Positions 19,770 through 30,089 of a stretch of DNA of 64,000 nucleotides are shown in pieces. The stretch is from a virus. How positions within the stretch are numbered: the stretch's first letter is position 1; every line of letters starts with the position of its first letter. The notes beneath the pieces were generated by a model. It did not search any database. It saw nothing but the letters and a program-made list of their open reading frames with translations, and was not told where the DNA came from. The DNA lies in IMG/VR virus record IMGVR_UViG_3300013119_001061; one strand, given 5' to 3'. The translations under genes and the position numbers were made by a program.

Positions 19770-22700
19770 ATGACAATTAAAATAGCACATATAGCAGACG
19801 TTCACTTTAGAAGTCTATCTCGACACCAGGAGTATCGCCAGGTATTCCAGGATTTCATTCTCCAGTGCCAGGAGCTTAAGCCTGACCTTATATATGTAGG
19901 CGGGGATATCTATCACACAAAGACACAAGGGATGTCCCCAGAGCTTATCGATGAGCTAACATACTGGATGAAGTCACTCGCTGACGTTGCCCCTTTGCAT
20001 ATGATCTTAGGTAATCATGATGGCAACATGATAAACGATCAACGTCAGGATGCTATTACTCCGATTTTCAATGCGCTAAATCATGCGGATGCATATCTTT
20101 ATAAACAGTCGGGGACATACCCGACTGGGATTCCAGGATATAACTGGTGTGTGTTTTCTTGCTTTGATGAAAAAGGTTGGAAGGACGTCAAACCCGTAGA
20201 GGGCGAAGTAAATCTTGCAACATTCCATGGCTGCGTTGTTGGCTCAAAAACAGATCAGAACTGGGAGCTTGACGGAGAAGTCAAAGTATCTTTCTTTGAC
20301 GACTATGATTTCGCCCTTCTGGGTGATATTCACAAGTTCCAGATCTTAAATGAAAAGAAGACGATAATTTATCCAGGGTCGAGTGTACAGCAGAACCACG
20401 GGGAAGATCCAGACAAAGGGTTTGTGTTTTGGGATATTAGAACTAAAGATGATTTCGACGTCTCATTTCACCGCTTAGTTAACCCACACCCGTTTGTAAC
20501 AGTTGACTGGCAAGGGACAGTTCAAGACACGCTTCATGAAGCTAAAAAGTTCAAGAACGGTTCACGATTCAGAATTAGAACAACCGAAAATATTCCGCAG
20601 CTTGAAATTAAGCAAATTCATAATGAGCTTAAAGTTTCTAGAAATGCAAAAGAAGTTGTTTGGAAGTTCGACCAGGGTGTTGCATCAAATGATATCATTG
20701 ATAATGACACATTAATCAAAAAAGAAGATCTTAGAGATCCCAAAGTTCAGATTAAGATTCTTGAGGACTATGCATCACCCGAAGCATTTGATGAAGAAGA
20801 GTGGGAAGAGATATCTAAGTTCGTTAATCGTTATATTTCACTTGCAACACAAGATGAAGATATTGCACGAAATGTCAAGTGGTCTATCAATGATATTGAA
20901 TTTGACAATATGTTTTCATATACAAAAGGGAATCGAATTAATTTCGACAGCCTTAGCGGCATTACTGGAATCTTAGGGCGAAACAGAAGCGGTAAGTCAT
21001 CTATCGTAGGCACTTTAGCATATGGCTTATTTAATACAACTGACCGAGGATCTATCAAAAATCTTCATATTATCAATAGTCGAAAAGGTCACTGCAATAC
21101 CAAGCTATATCTAACAGCAAATAATAAAAAATATGTTGTCGAACGTCAAAGCGTGAGAAGAGAAGATAAAAAAGGGCACGTATCTGCTATAACTTCTTTA
21201 AACTTTTATCAAGTTGATCCAATGGGCAATATTGTTCAAGACTTAAATGGCGAACAAAGAACACAAACTGAGAAGACAATTAGAAAAATGTTGGGAACCG
21301 CTGATGACTTCCTTGTTACATCGCTTGCAACACAAGGAAGCATGAATCAGTTTATTAGTCACGGAACATCACATCGAAAAACTATCCTTTCTAAGTTCCT
21401 CGATTTAGATATTTTTGAAAGAATGTCAGAGTTCGTTAAGAGAGATGCAGCATCAATCAAAGGAAAGATGAGCAATTATCCAGAACGAGATTGGAACGCA
21501 GCAATTGTTACACTTCGAAATAATCGCAGGAAATATGATGCACAAATTTTAGAAATTGAGCATGATCTTGCAGAGCTTAGAGAAGCACAACAAAAAATCC
21601 AGATTCAATTAAGCAATTTCACTGAGGACGATCTAGTTGATCCGCAAGATGTAGAAGAGCAAAAAGATGAGCTAAGAAAAGCAAAAGAGAAGTTTGATAT
21701 CTTGACAAAGAAATCTAATAAGTGCATAGATGAAATTGAAAAGATTAGTGAACAAATCGAGACAATTGAGGCAGTAAAAGAGCAATTTCCAATCTCAGAA
21801 ATTAGAGTTCAATATGAAAGCCTGCAAGATCTTGAACGATCACTAACGTCACTTGAGCATCAAAAAGAAGTTGCCAGTCAACTTCTTAAAAGCCAGAGTA
21901 GATCTGTAAAAATTCTTGATGAAGTTCCGTGTGGTGTTAAATTTCCAAAATGCAAGTTTATTAAAGACTCACACAAAAACAAGAATCTAATTGAGATGCA
22001 AAAAGAGATTGTAAGCAATTTATCTTCTGAGGTTCGGGCAATCAGGCGCACTGTTAAAAAACTTTCGGATCAAAATCTAAAAGAAAAAATTGACAAATAC
22101 GATACGCTTCTTAGGCGTCTTGCAGATTCCGAAGTAGACTTATCAAGAAAGCAATCTGAGTTTGATCTTTATTCACGAGATCTAGATACCTCGAAAGATC
22201 ACATGATTCGATGTAAAAAAGTTTTAGCGGAAATGAAGCTTAGACTAAATACGACAAATTTAACAGTTGCTGCTAGAAAGATTAAAAATAAATTAGCTGA
22301 GATTGGTGCCCAGATTAAACAGAAGGACGCACAGAGGATTTCCGCAGCAGAAATGAAGGGAAATACAGATAGCCAAATAAAGAAGCACCAGAATGAAAGA
22401 GATTCCTTTGCAGAACTACGTAAATCCTGGAAGATTTATGACTTTTTAATGAAGGCGTGGTCTAAAAAAGGAATACCGACGCAAATAATTAGAATGCAAC
22501 TACCAGTAATCAATATAGAGATTGAAAAGATTCTAAGTAATGTTGCAGATTTTACTGTCAAGCTTGAGGCTGATTCTGATTCGAATGCTTTAGAAATTTT
22601 TATTGACTACGGTGATAGTAAAAGAATTATTGAATTAGCGTCAGGAATGGAAAAGATGATATCATCGCTAGCTATGAGAGTAGCTCTACTTAATGTATCT

Positions 22701-22913
22701 TCACTTCCTAAAACAGATATGCTCATTATTGATGAAGGATTTGGTTCACTTGATGAGACTAATGTTGAGGCATGTAATCGTCTTTTAATATCATTAAAAA
22801 AGTGGTTTAGAAATATTTTGGTAATTACTCATGTAGACTCTGTAAAAGACGTAGTAGATCAAACCATTGAAATCGGAAGCAAAGGAATAGACTCATATGT
22901 CAGATGCGAATAA
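19770..22913 (+). CDS. fused SbcD/Mre11 nuclease - SbcC/Rad50 ATPase (gp47-gp46-like)
   Basis: DVH, GGDIYH, GNHD and GDIH phosphoesterase motifs; GRNRSGKS Walker A; long coiled coil; ASGME signature; IIDEGFGSLD Walker B; ITH. Confidence 0.9.
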   Translation: MTIKIAHIADVHFRSLSRHQEYRQVFQDFILQCQELKPDLIYVGGDIYHTKTQGMSPELIDELTYWMKSLADVAPLHMILGNHDGNMINDQRQDAITPIFNALNHADAYLYKQSGTYPTGIPGYNWCVFSCFDEKGWKDVKPVEGEVNLATFHGCVVGSKTDQNWELDGEVKVSFFDDYDFALLGDIHKFQILNEKKTIIYPGSSVQQNHGEDPDKGFVFWDIRTKDDFDVSFHRLVNPHPFVTVDWQGTVQDTLHEAKKFKNGSRFRIRTTENIPQLEIKQIHNELKVSRNAKEVVWKFDQGVASNDIIDNDTLIKKEDLRDPKVQIKILEDYASPEAFDEEEWEEISKFVNRYISLATQDEDIARNVKWSINDIEFDNMFSYTKGNRINFDSLSGITGILGRNRSGKSSIVGTLAYGLFNTTDRGSIKNLHIINSRKGHCNTKLYLTANNKKYVVERQSVRREDKKGHVSAITSLNFYQVDPMGNIVQDLNGEQRTQTEKTIRKMLGTADDFLVTSLATQGSMNQFISHGTSHRKTILSKFLDLDIFERMSEFVKRDAASIKGKMSNYPERDWNAAIVTLRNNRRKYDAQILEIEHDLAELREAQQKIQIQLSNFTEDDLVDPQDVEEQKDELRKAKEKFDILTKKSNKCIDEIEKISEQIETIEAVKEQFPISEIRVQYESLQDLERSLTSLEHQKEVASQLLKSQSRSVKILDEVPCGVKFPKCKFIKDSHKNKNLIEMQKEIVSNLSSEVRAIRRTVKKLSDQNLKEKIDKYDTLLRRLADSEVDLSRKQSEFDLYSRDLDTSKDHMIRCKKVLAEMKLRLNTTNLTVAARKIKNKLAEIGAQIKQKDAQRISAAEMKGNTDSQIKKHQNERDSFAELRKSWKIYDFLMKAWSKKGIPTQIIRMQLPVINIEIEKILSNVADFTVKLEADSDSNALEIFIDYGDSKRIIELASGMEKMISSLAMRVALLNVSSLPKTDMLIIDEGFGSLDETNVEACNRLLISLKKWFRNILVITHVDSVKDVVDQTIEIGSKGIDSYVRCE

Positions 22914-23184
22914 AGAAGTCATTTATCACAAAGACGGTTTTGTTATCATTAAAGATAGTGATCTAGATATTCAACCAATTGACTGTCCTGTTTGTGGGTA
23001 TTTTATGACAACATCATCTGACACACAATACTGGAATGAATATGAGTGCTGTCAAGAATGTGGGATTACTTGGGCCGAGGGCCCAAATAAGAAAAAATGG
23101 AAAGATGGTTGGCGCCCAGATAAGAATATAATAAAAAAAGAAATAAAAAAGCGAAGTAAAATTGTCCCTAGATTAAAATTATAA
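22897..23184 (+). CDS. small CxxC zinc-binding protein
   Basis: CPVC...CCQEC; overlaps the end of the sbcCD fusion. Confidence 0.6.
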   Translation: MSDANKEVIYHKDGFVIIKDSDLDIQPIDCPVCGYFMTTSSDTQYWNEYECCQECGITWAEGPNKKKWKDGWRPDKNIIKKEIKKRSKIVPRLKL

Positions 23185-23192
23185 GTTTGCGC

Positions 23193-23200
23193 TATAATTA
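23193..23200 (+). promoter_or_regulatory. putative late promoter (TATAATTA)
   Basis: YATAnTTA variant upstream of the terminase operon. Confidence 0.5.
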
Positions 23201-23223
23201 ATAACACCAACAGAGGTAAAAAT

Positions 23224-23655
23224 ATGCTATCAGTAGAACAAGTAAATGCAATTGGGCAGCTAATTGACACATCATTCGGATACTCATCAACAGGGGAGAC
23301 AGGATATCAAGTTCCTGCCGGCCGATCAATCAAATCAAATCTTTCAGGTGAGTCAGGTGAAGATCAGCTCATTGTTAAGTTTGTAACTATTATAAACATT
23401 GCTGAGCATGAAAGTCGTTTATCTCTTGCAGGGCATAAGGTTTCTGATGAAGCTGAAAGAGAAGCAATTTCTTTAGTTAGAGACTATATTTCAAATCTTA
23501 AAAAAGAATTCAAGTCTGCGACAAAAGAAACGCTTAAGCTCAAGGAAGACAAAGAAAAGACGACAGATAGTATCGAGCTAATTAACTACAATCCCAACAG
23601 TCCACATCGCACTGTTTATTATAGACGGAATACAGTTTATAACGTGAGTGTCTAA
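23224..23655 (+). CDS. hypothetical protein upstream of terminase
   Basis: GAGG SD; TAATG-coupled to terL. Confidence 0.6.
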   Translation: MLSVEQVNAIGQLIDTSFGYSSTGETGYQVPAGRSIKSNLSGESGEDQLIVKFVTIINIAEHESRLSLAGHKVSDEAEREAISLVRDYISNLKKEFKSATKETLKLKEDKEKTTDSIELINYNPNSPHRTVYYRRNTVYNVSV

Positions 23656-25262
23656 TGTCGAGACAGGCACTTAGCAAGCAAAAACAAGTAAAAGAGATCA
23701 TTCGTTGCGGAAAAGATCCGCGATACTTTATGAACAAGTATGTAAAGATCCAGCATGCAACTCGCGGCCTAGTTTCGTTTGATACATATGAATTTCAAGA
23801 TGACTGTTTAATTGATTTTAAAGACAATCGATTTAATATTGTTTTAAAGTCTCGACAGCTTGGGCTCTCAACTTTAGTTGCTGCATACGCGCTTTGGATG
23901 GCTATCTTTCAGCGTGATAAGAACATATTGATTATTGCAACAAAACTCGCCGTTGCACAAAACTTTATTAAAAAAGTAAAAGTAATGCTTCGTGCTTTAC
24001 CAGCTTGGCTCGTACTTCCCCAAGTAACGGGTGACAACAAACAAACAATCGAATTTAGTCACGGCTCAGTTGTCAAGGCAGTGCCAACATCAGATGATGC
24101 AGGACGCTCAGAGGCGCTTTCCCTTCTAATCATTGATGAGGCTGCATTTGTTAAAAACTTTGATACTTTGTGGATGGGTTTATATCCTACACTATCAACA
24201 GGCGGAGACGCAATTATTTTATCTACTCCAAATGGAGTTGGTGGTCAATACCACAAGCTTTATACAGAGGCAATCCAGGGTGAAAACAAGTTTAACCCTA
24301 TTAATCTTCCCTGGCATGTACACCCAGAAAGAGACGAAGAATGGTTTGATGTTGAGACTAAAAACATGTCTAAGCGTCAAATTGCGCAGGAGTTGCTTTG
24401 TGACTTTGTAGCATCAGGTGAGACATTCTTGCAAATGGACCACCTTGAGTGGATGAGAGAGTCGATACGCCCACCAAGAGACAGAAAGTTTCATGATAGA
24501 AATTGCTGGATTTGGGAGTTCCCGCTTTCAGCACACAAATACGTCATGTCTGCAGACGTTGCAAGAGGTGATGCAAAAGATTATTCAACATTCCACGTGA
24601 TAGACGTAACAACGTCAGAGATCGTAGCTGAATATAAAGGAAAAGTGCCCCCAGATAGATTTGGAGAAATGCTTGATGAGGTGGGACGTATGTATAACAA
24701 TGCTTTACTTGCCCCTGAGAATAACACGTTTGGCTATACAACGGTAATGAAGCTTAAAGACCTTGATTATCCTAACATGTTTTATCAAAAGTCCGCAGGA
24801 GGCTATCTGGGTGGCTACACGCCATCTTCTGTGAATGAAATACCCGGATTTTCAACACAAGGACATTCAAGAATTCAAATTATCTCAAAGCTAGAAGAGA
24901 TAATAAGAAATAAGATGCTCAAGAGTTATTCCCAGCGTCTTTATGAAGAAATGAAAACATTCGTATGGAAAGGTCAAAAAGCCCAGGCGATGAAAGGTCA
25001 GCATGATGACTTAGTTATGAGTCTTGCAATTGGCGGTTGGTTATTTGATATTTATGGTGGAGGAACATCTTCAAATGCAGATCTTAACAAGGCAATGCTA
25101 GCAGCAATGTCAAGAGATACAACGTCTGCAGACCCTATTATTAATCAAGAAACGCCCTCGCCGTTTCCAAATAATCCCTGGAAGCCTGTAAAGCAAGAGG
25201 AGTATAGAGGTAGAGGAATGAAGAAAAATCCTGCAAGAGATTATGATTGGTTGCTTAAATAG
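23655..25262 (+). CDS. terL: terminase large subunit (T4 gp17-like)
   Basis: YEFQ; KSRQLGLST Walker A; IIDEAAF Walker B; STPNG; ADVARG..DYS and HDDLVMSLAI nuclease motifs. Confidence 0.95.
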   Translation: MSRQALSKQKQVKEIIRCGKDPRYFMNKYVKIQHATRGLVSFDTYEFQDDCLIDFKDNRFNIVLKSRQLGLSTLVAAYALWMAIFQRDKNILIIATKLAVAQNFIKKVKVMLRALPAWLVLPQVTGDNKQTIEFSHGSVVKAVPTSDDAGRSEALSLLIIDEAAFVKNFDTLWMGLYPTLSTGGDAIILSTPNGVGGQYHKLYTEAIQGENKFNPINLPWHVHPERDEEWFDVETKNMSKRQIAQELLCDFVASGETFLQMDHLEWMRESIRPPRDRKFHDRNCWIWEFPLSAHKYVMSADVARGDAKDYSTFHVIDVTTSEIVAEYKGKVPPDRFGEMLDEVGRMYNNALLAPENNTFGYTTVMKLKDLDYPNMFYQKSAGGYLGGYTPSSVNEIPGFSTQGHSRIQIISKLEEIIRNKMLKSYSQRLYEEMKTFVWKGQKAQAMKGQHDDLVMSLAIGGWLFDIYGGGTSSNADLNKAMLAAMSRDTTSADPIINQETPSPFPNNPWKPVKQEEYRGRGMKKNPARDYDWLLK

Positions 25263-25284
25263 CTTTACAAAATCACCAAAAGGT

Positions 25285-25292
25285 TATATTTA
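25285..25292 (+). promoter_or_regulatory. putative late promoter (TATATTTA)
   Basis: Intergenic motif before the portal gene. Confidence 0.65.
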
Positions 25293-25337
25293 TACTTCGT
25301 AGTGCTCACTACCACTAATGTAGGAGCGGTTTAATCA

Positions 25338-27224
25338 ATGGCCGACAACGATAATTTTTTCAACAGACTAACGAGACTTTTTAGATCAGGGCCCCTGATC
25401 AAAAGAAAAGTTCGTGCAACTCGAGCCCCGAATATGGGCTCGTTACTGCAGCAGTTTCAAAAATCGCAGAGTCACGTATATTCAAATGCTATTAGTGCAT
25501 ACGGAATGTACGATAGAATGTCTCGATATGCAGATTTCCAAGAAATGGAAGCAACACCTGAACTTTCGAGTGCACTAGATATCTACGCCGATGAATCCTG
25601 CTCACAAGATGAGACAGGTCGATCTCTTCATATTTATTCTGAGAATGATAAGATTAGAAAAACATTAGAAGAGTTATTTTATGATAATCTTAATGTTGAC
25701 TTCAATTTAAATCCCTGGGTTAGAAATCTTTGTAAGTATGGAGATTTCTTTTTATTCCTTGATATCTCTCCAGAAGACGGCGTAATGAACGGGATTCCTG
25801 TTCCTGTCAATGAAATTGAAAGAGAAGAAGGATTTGATCCAGAAGATCCAATGGCAGTGCGCTTTCGGTGGATTACACAAGGAAACAGAGTTCTAGAAAA
25901 CTGGCAGATCGCACATTTTAGGCTTCTGGGAAACGACGCATTTCTTCCATACGGTTCATCAGTTATTGAACCAGCTCGACGAATTTGGCGCCAACTTATT
26001 CTCATTGAAGATGCAATGCTTGTATACAGAGTGATCCGATCACCTGAACGAAGAGTATTCAAAATTGACGTAGGGAACGTTCCGCCCGAAGATGTAGAAA
26101 CATATATGCAACAAGCAAAGTCTGCTCTTCGAAGCAATCAAGTTATTGATAAGAAAACCGGACGCGTCGATTTGAGATATAACCCGCTCAGTGTTGATGA
26201 AGATTATTTTCTTCCAGTTCGTGGCCAGGGTGATGGAACAGCAATTGATACTTTAGCAGGAGGAACAAATACGACTGCTATTGAAGACGTTGAATATATT
26301 CAAAAGAAATTATTTGCTGCTCTCAAGGTTCCAAAAGCATACCTGGGTTATGATGAGGCACTATCTAGCAAGGCAACTCTTGCACAAGAGGATATTAGAT
26401 TCTCAAGAACTATTAACAAAATTCAAAGAGTTCTTATATCTGAGCTTAATAAAATTGCTGCAATTCACTTATACTCTTGCGGATTTGATGGTGATGATTT
26501 AATCGATTTTTCACTTAAGCTTTCTAATCCGTCAACAATTGCACAGCAACAAAAACTTGAACTTTTTAGAACTAAATTTGAGATTGCTGGACAATCACCC
26601 GAAGGAATGCTTTCAAGAGATTATCTTCGTAAAAAAGTCTTAGGGATGACAAATGAAGAAATTGAACTAGTTGAAAAGCAAAGAGAAGAAGATAAACTTC
26701 GCGATCTTGAAGTTGAGGCAATCACTTTAGGCGGAGAAGAAGGTCACGGGGTACCTGGCTTTGAAGAACCTGCGGGCGAAGAATCCCCAGCGACTGGAGA
26801 AGAGGAGCTTGAGGCAGGAGAAATTAAAAAAGATGATAATCTGCTTCTCGGGACAGATAATCCCGAACCAGAAAAAGAGAAAAATCAATCTGACTCTTCA
26901 ATTAAGCCAAGCTCAACTGTGAAAAATGCTGCTGGAAAAAGAAAGCCAGGAAGCCTACCTAGAAAATCTGGACCGTTTGATCAAAGATCATTTCACTTAG
27001 GAACTAGAACAACGACTCCAAGAAAAGAAAGATATACTAATAATGCTGTTGATGATAGAGAGGTTGTTCTTGGGACAGCTTTGAGATTTGAAAATCAAAC
27101 ACAGGTCCAGAATCAAATGAATTCACAGCTTAAACAAACAATAAAAAGTCTTGAGAAAAGCATAGGTAATATAGACAAGTCTTCTGCTTTACTCGTTGAG
27201 GGAGATATTAATGGCAAGACATAA
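25338..27224 (+). CDS. portal protein (T4 gp20-like)
   Basis: QLILIEDAMLVYRVIRSPERRVFKIDVGN, EDYFLPVRG, DTLAGG and YIQKKLFAALKVP are gp20 signatures. Confidence 0.95.
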   Translation: MADNDNFFNRLTRLFRSGPLIKRKVRATRAPNMGSLLQQFQKSQSHVYSNAISAYGMYDRMSRYADFQEMEATPELSSALDIYADESCSQDETGRSLHIYSENDKIRKTLEELFYDNLNVDFNLNPWVRNLCKYGDFFLFLDISPEDGVMNGIPVPVNEIEREEGFDPEDPMAVRFRWITQGNRVLENWQIAHFRLLGNDAFLPYGSSVIEPARRIWRQLILIEDAMLVYRVIRSPERRVFKIDVGNVPPEDVETYMQQAKSALRSNQVIDKKTGRVDLRYNPLSVDEDYFLPVRGQGDGTAIDTLAGGTNTTAIEDVEYIQKKLFAALKVPKAYLGYDEALSSKATLAQEDIRFSRTINKIQRVLISELNKIAAIHLYSCGFDGDDLIDFSLKLSNPSTIAQQQKLELFRTKFEIAGQSPEGMLSRDYLRKKVLGMTNEEIELVEKQREEDKLRDLEVEAITLGGEEGHGVPGFEEPAGEESPATGEEELEAGEIKKDDNLLLGTDNPEPEKEKNQSDSSIKPSSTVKNAAGKRKPGSLPRKSGPFDQRSFHLGTRTTTPRKERYTNNAVDDREVVLGTALRFENQTQVQNQMNSQLKQTIKSLEKSIGNIDKSSALLVEGDINGKT

Positions 27225-28044
27225 TAAAAAAAGAAACTCTGGACTCTTATACGAGTTTTTAATAAGAAAAATATCTCGTTCCTTGGTTGAGGGTGATAAT
27301 ACAAATGCAAATATTTCTAAATCTATTATTAAAAAGTATTTTGCTGCTGGGACAGAGCTTCACAAGGAGTATAGACTAATTAATGCTATGGTAAATGTTC
27401 CTGTAGGATCTGAAGTAGTTGCATCTGCTGTTTTGCAAGAAGCAAGAAATGCTGCCTTAAGATTTGATTCAAAGGCACTAAAGATTGAAAAAGACAATCT
27501 AATAAAAGAAATAAATCATACATTTGGCCAGCAAGCTGTATACACAGAGTCAGTTCCTCAATATAAATCTTACGCTACTGCATCAATGCTTATCAAATAC
27601 TGGCGTCAAGAAAAAGATTTAGACGTCAACACTGTCGTAAAGTATGAAAAACTAATTTTCGAATCTCTATCTCGAGAAAAAGAAGAAATAAAATCAGAAG
27701 AAGTTAATCCAGATATTGATAGCTTAGTAGTGAAAGTTGCTACTGATAAGCTAAAAAGAAAATATGAGTCTAATCTTAATAGTCTTCAATCTGAAATTAT
27801 TAATCTATACGCAATTGAAGAAAATAAAGAAGTTCTTTGTCAAAAAATTAATTTAATTTGTGAGTCAACAGCAAAATCTTTGGAAGAGTATGCCGATACA
27901 CAAAATGACTACTTTATCAAAAGAGCAAAAGGTGTAATAGAAAACATTAAAGATCTTAATGTTGATGACTTAACTGACAGTGTTGTCTCAAAGGCGCTTG
28001 AAGTTGTTGAACTTAATGAAAATTTAAAAGGAGTTAAAGAATGA
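27211..28044 (+). CDS. conserved head-module hypothetical protein
   Basis: ATG 27211 after GAGGGAG; HNKKRNSGLLYEFL; lies between portal and protease. Confidence 0.6.
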   Translation: MARHNKKRNSGLLYEFLIRKISRSLVEGDNTNANISKSIIKKYFAAGTELHKEYRLINAMVNVPVGSEVVASAVLQEARNAALRFDSKALKIEKDNLIKEINHTFGQQAVYTESVPQYKSYATASMLIKYWRQEKDLDVNTVVKYEKLIFESLSREKEEIKSEEVNPDIDSLVVKVATDKLKRKYESNLNSLQSEIINLYAIEENKEVLCQKINLICESTAKSLEEYADTQNDYFIKRAKGVIENIKDLNVDDLTDSVVSKALEVVELNENLKGVKE

Positions 28045-28655
28045 AACTCTTAGCTGAATATATACCTTTTGAGTATAATTCTCAATTAGTTAAAGAACAA
28101 GATGAAAGAAGCGATGGAAAATTTCTTATGAAAGGAATACTCCAAAAAGCTGACACATTAAATCAAAACGGAAGAGTTTATCCGCTAGCAGTTTTGGCAC
28201 GAGAAGTTAGAAACTATCAAAGATTTATTGAAGAAGGTCGTGCCCTCGGAGAACTTGATCATCCTGATACCTCTGTTGTCGAACTCAAAAATGTTTCTCA
28301 TATCATTAGAGAGGCGCATATGGAGGGCGATGTATGCCTTGGGACGCTTGAAGTATTAGATACACCCGCAGGAAAAATACTCAAAAGCCTAGTTGAATCT
28401 GGTGTCAAAATCGGTATTTCATCTCGAGGAGTGGGATCAACAAAAACACAGGGAGGACATCAAGTAGTGCAAGATGACTTCCAGCTTATTTGTTGGGATA
28501 TCGTTTCTGAGCCATCAACGCCAGGAGCCTTTGTTATGAAAGAAGCAAGAGAACTTTCTCAAGATGAAATTTTGAGTGTTCAATCATATTTTGGAAAAAA
28601 CGATAAAATCAATAGATCGATGAACAAGATCTTAGAGTGGAATGGAGATAAATAA
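28041..28655 (+). CDS. prohead protease (T4 gp21-like)
   Basis: NQNGRVYP, ALGELDHP, VSH, GISSRGVGS, DIVSEPSTPGA. Confidence 0.95.
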   Translation: MKLLAEYIPFEYNSQLVKEQDERSDGKFLMKGILQKADTLNQNGRVYPLAVLAREVRNYQRFIEEGRALGELDHPDTSVVELKNVSHIIREAHMEGDVCLGTLEVLDTPAGKILKSLVESGVKIGISSRGVGSTKTQGGHQVVQDDFQLICWDIVSEPSTPGAFVMKEARELSQDEILSVQSYFGKNDKINRSMNKILEWNGDK

Positions 28656-29107
28656 TGCCTCTTAATTATCCGCAAGCAGGCCCATCAGATGTTGCATCAT
28701 ATCAATTATCTGCTGTACCATTTGTAACAACGTCAGCAGGAAGTGAAGTAGGAACTACTGCTATTAGAGTTAAGTTTCCTAGCGCAACACGATTTTTTAT
28801 TGTCAAAGAAACAGCAGGAAATGATCTTAGAATTGGATTTACAGATAACGGAGTAAGTGCCAAAGGTGGCGTTACGGGTTCTAATCAAGTAAATGGTGAA
28901 GATGTTAATCCTGCCGAAAGAAAAAACTATTTTATCCTATCTAGCGGATCTACAACGCCAAGATTAGAAATACGATGCAAAGAACTTTACTTCAGAAGAG
29001 ATGGCGCCGTCAATAGTGGATTTTCAATTTTTGCCGGGCTTTCACCAATAAATCATAGACAATTTCCAGTTTTGACAGGTTCGTCAGAGTATGATGGTGT
29101 AGGTTAG
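28655..29107 (+). CDS. hypothetical virion protein
   Basis: YQLSAVPFVT...LTGS...GVG; coupled to the protease gene. Confidence 0.55.
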   Translation: MPLNYPQAGPSDVASYQLSAVPFVTTSAGSEVGTTAIRVKFPSATRFFIVKETAGNDLRIGFTDNGVSAKGGVTGSNQVNGEDVNPAERKNYFILSSGSTTPRLEIRCKELYFRRDGAVNSGFSIFAGLSPINHRQFPVLTGSSEYDGVG

Positions 29108-29121
29108 GAAATAAAACTATA

Positions 29122-29538
29122 ATGAAAATTACTAAAACACAGCTTAAAAACCTAGTTAAAGAATGTTTGCTTGAAGTACTAGCAGAAGGGTTAGGTAGCG
29201 AAGCCCAAGTCATATCTGAGACTAGAGCGGTAGCTAAAAAAACAAAAAAAAGAGCTCGAGCAGCAAGACCAAGCGCACTTGATAAAATTAAGTTTGATAA
29301 AAATCTTGATCAAAAAATTAGCAGCACTGTTGAAGGAATTACTAAAGATCCGATTATGCAATCTATATTTACAGATACAGCAAAAACTACGCTACAAGAG
29401 CAATTGCAGCACTCATCAACAGTTCCTGTTCCCCCTGGGGCAGATCGTGCAACACATGCCGCTGCTGCCTCCAATCCCACAGATTTATTTGAAGGTTCAT
29501 CAAATTGGGCAATGCTAGCTTTTGATGAAACATCTTGA
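29122..29538 (+). CDS. hypothetical head-associated protein
   Basis: N-terminal amphipathic MKITKTQLKNLVKECLLEVLAE. Confidence 0.55.
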   Translation: MKITKTQLKNLVKECLLEVLAEGLGSEAQVISETRAVAKKTKKRARAARPSALDKIKFDKNLDQKISSTVEGITKDPIMQSIFTDTAKTTLQEQLQHSSTVPVPPGADRATHAAAASNPTDLFEGSSNWAMLAFDETS

Positions 29539-29555
29539 ATTTAATTTAAAGACTC

Positions 29556-29563
29556 TATACTTA
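29556..29563 (+). promoter_or_regulatory. putative late promoter (TATACTTA)
   Basis: Intergenic YATAnTTA followed by AGGAG SD. Confidence 0.55.
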
Positions 29564-29582
29564 CTAGTGATAGGAGAATACT

Positions 29583-30080
29583 ATGGCCGGATCAAATTTT
29601 TCGCACTCAAGTATGGGAAATATATTTCAAGTTAACAAACCGCAAAATCCAGGTTTGCCAGGAAATAGAAATGATGAGCAACTTCGTGACGCATTTCCCA
29701 AGTCACCAATTTATTCTGCAGCAGGAGATGCTGAGGTAAAACAAAAATTTGAAGATCTTTGTCTTGATGGTACTCTTGCTGGAGAAGGCCAAAAAGGAAG
29801 CGGGTTTGGATTAAATTCATTTAGTAGAGATTTTGTTGACGCACCAGATTTAAATGCTGTATCAAAAGACAATAAGGGAAATCAAGTAGCCAGCCCATAT
29901 GTTCCTAATGTTGCTGCACCAAATGATGCAGGTGAACAAGAAAACATTGTTATTCCAAATAGGCCGGGCGGCGGCGACTTTTCTGGAGATGGATTAAAAA
30001 ATCCAAAAGTTACTTCTCAAGATATTTCATTATTAAGAATGGGATCTTACGGTTTGGGAGTTAGCTCGCCACAAAGCTAA
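29583..30080 (+). CDS. hypothetical protein
   Basis: AGGAG SD; Gly/Pro-rich ORF. Confidence 0.6.
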   Translation: MAGSNFSHSSMGNIFQVNKPQNPGLPGNRNDEQLRDAFPKSPIYSAAGDAEVKQKFEDLCLDGTLAGEGQKGSGFGLNSFSRDFVDAPDLNAVSKDNKGNQVASPYVPNVAAPNDAGEQENIVIPNRPGGGDFSGDGLKNPKVTSQDISLLRMGSYGLGVSSPQS

Positions 30081-30089
30081 AGCATTATT

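Noticed and set aside
23655-25262. Intein in terminase or other core genes
   Set aside because: Motif spacing is normal and no C...HN-[CST] insertion is visible
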